Source of the DNA: Lama glama
Taxonomy: Eukaryota
Length of the DNA stretch: 64,000 bases
Assembly (NCBI GenBank): GCA_028534125.1
Contig: CM052816.1
Location: forward strand, 28,894,001-28,958,000
Reading direction: 5' to 3'
Shown: one piece after another, positions 63,901 to 64,000 of the stretch
How positions within the stretch are numbered: position 1 is the stretch's first letter
How the letters are laid out: the number at the start of each line of letters is the position of its first letter
Translations under genes and position numbers: made by a program
The notes under the pieces: generated by a model
Told to the model about the DNA's origin: nothing
Seen by the model: the letters and a program-made list of their open reading frames with translations, nothing else
Databases searched by the model: none

Positions 63901-64000
63901 TGGGTGAGACACTCACGACTTTGCTTCCCAGGGCACAGCAGACCCTCATGTTCTGGCATGGAACTCAGCCAACTTATCTCTGGCTACTTGATCCTGTAAT

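Noticed and set aside
1..64000. CRISPR arrays, operons, rRNA/tRNA genes, intact retroviral or transposase ORFs
   Set aside because: None seen; this is mammalian intron-like DNA and all element ORFs are interrupted by stops and frameshifts.

Overview
AT-rich, CpG-depleted placental-mammal DNA, roughly half of it decayed interspersed repeats: L1 of several ages, L2, MIR, MaLR/ERVL/ERV1 solo LTRs, and Tigger and MER5 DNA transposons. The young L1 3' ends are of cetartiodactyl type. I see no Alu, B1/B2, Bov-A/BovB, PRE-1, CHR or Can-SINEs, which points to a camelid (inference). None of the listed ORFs is a recognisable intact gene; the informative ones are L1 ORF2, L2 RT and Tigger transposase remnants. 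The window most likely holds the 3' end of a long-intron gene on the minus strand: a candidate terminal exon from 1775 to about 610, and a 36/103-nt exon starting at 5482. Most large L1s lie on the plus strand, as expected for that host orientation. I could not identify the gene. I found no convincing novel biological system. The best second-look items are a polyadenylated orphan retro-insert inside an L1, a tail-less L1 fragment patching a MER5A1, overlapping convergent poly(A) signals, and several candidate alternative or micro-exons. Repeat subfamily names come from recalled consensus sequences, and boundaries are approximate.
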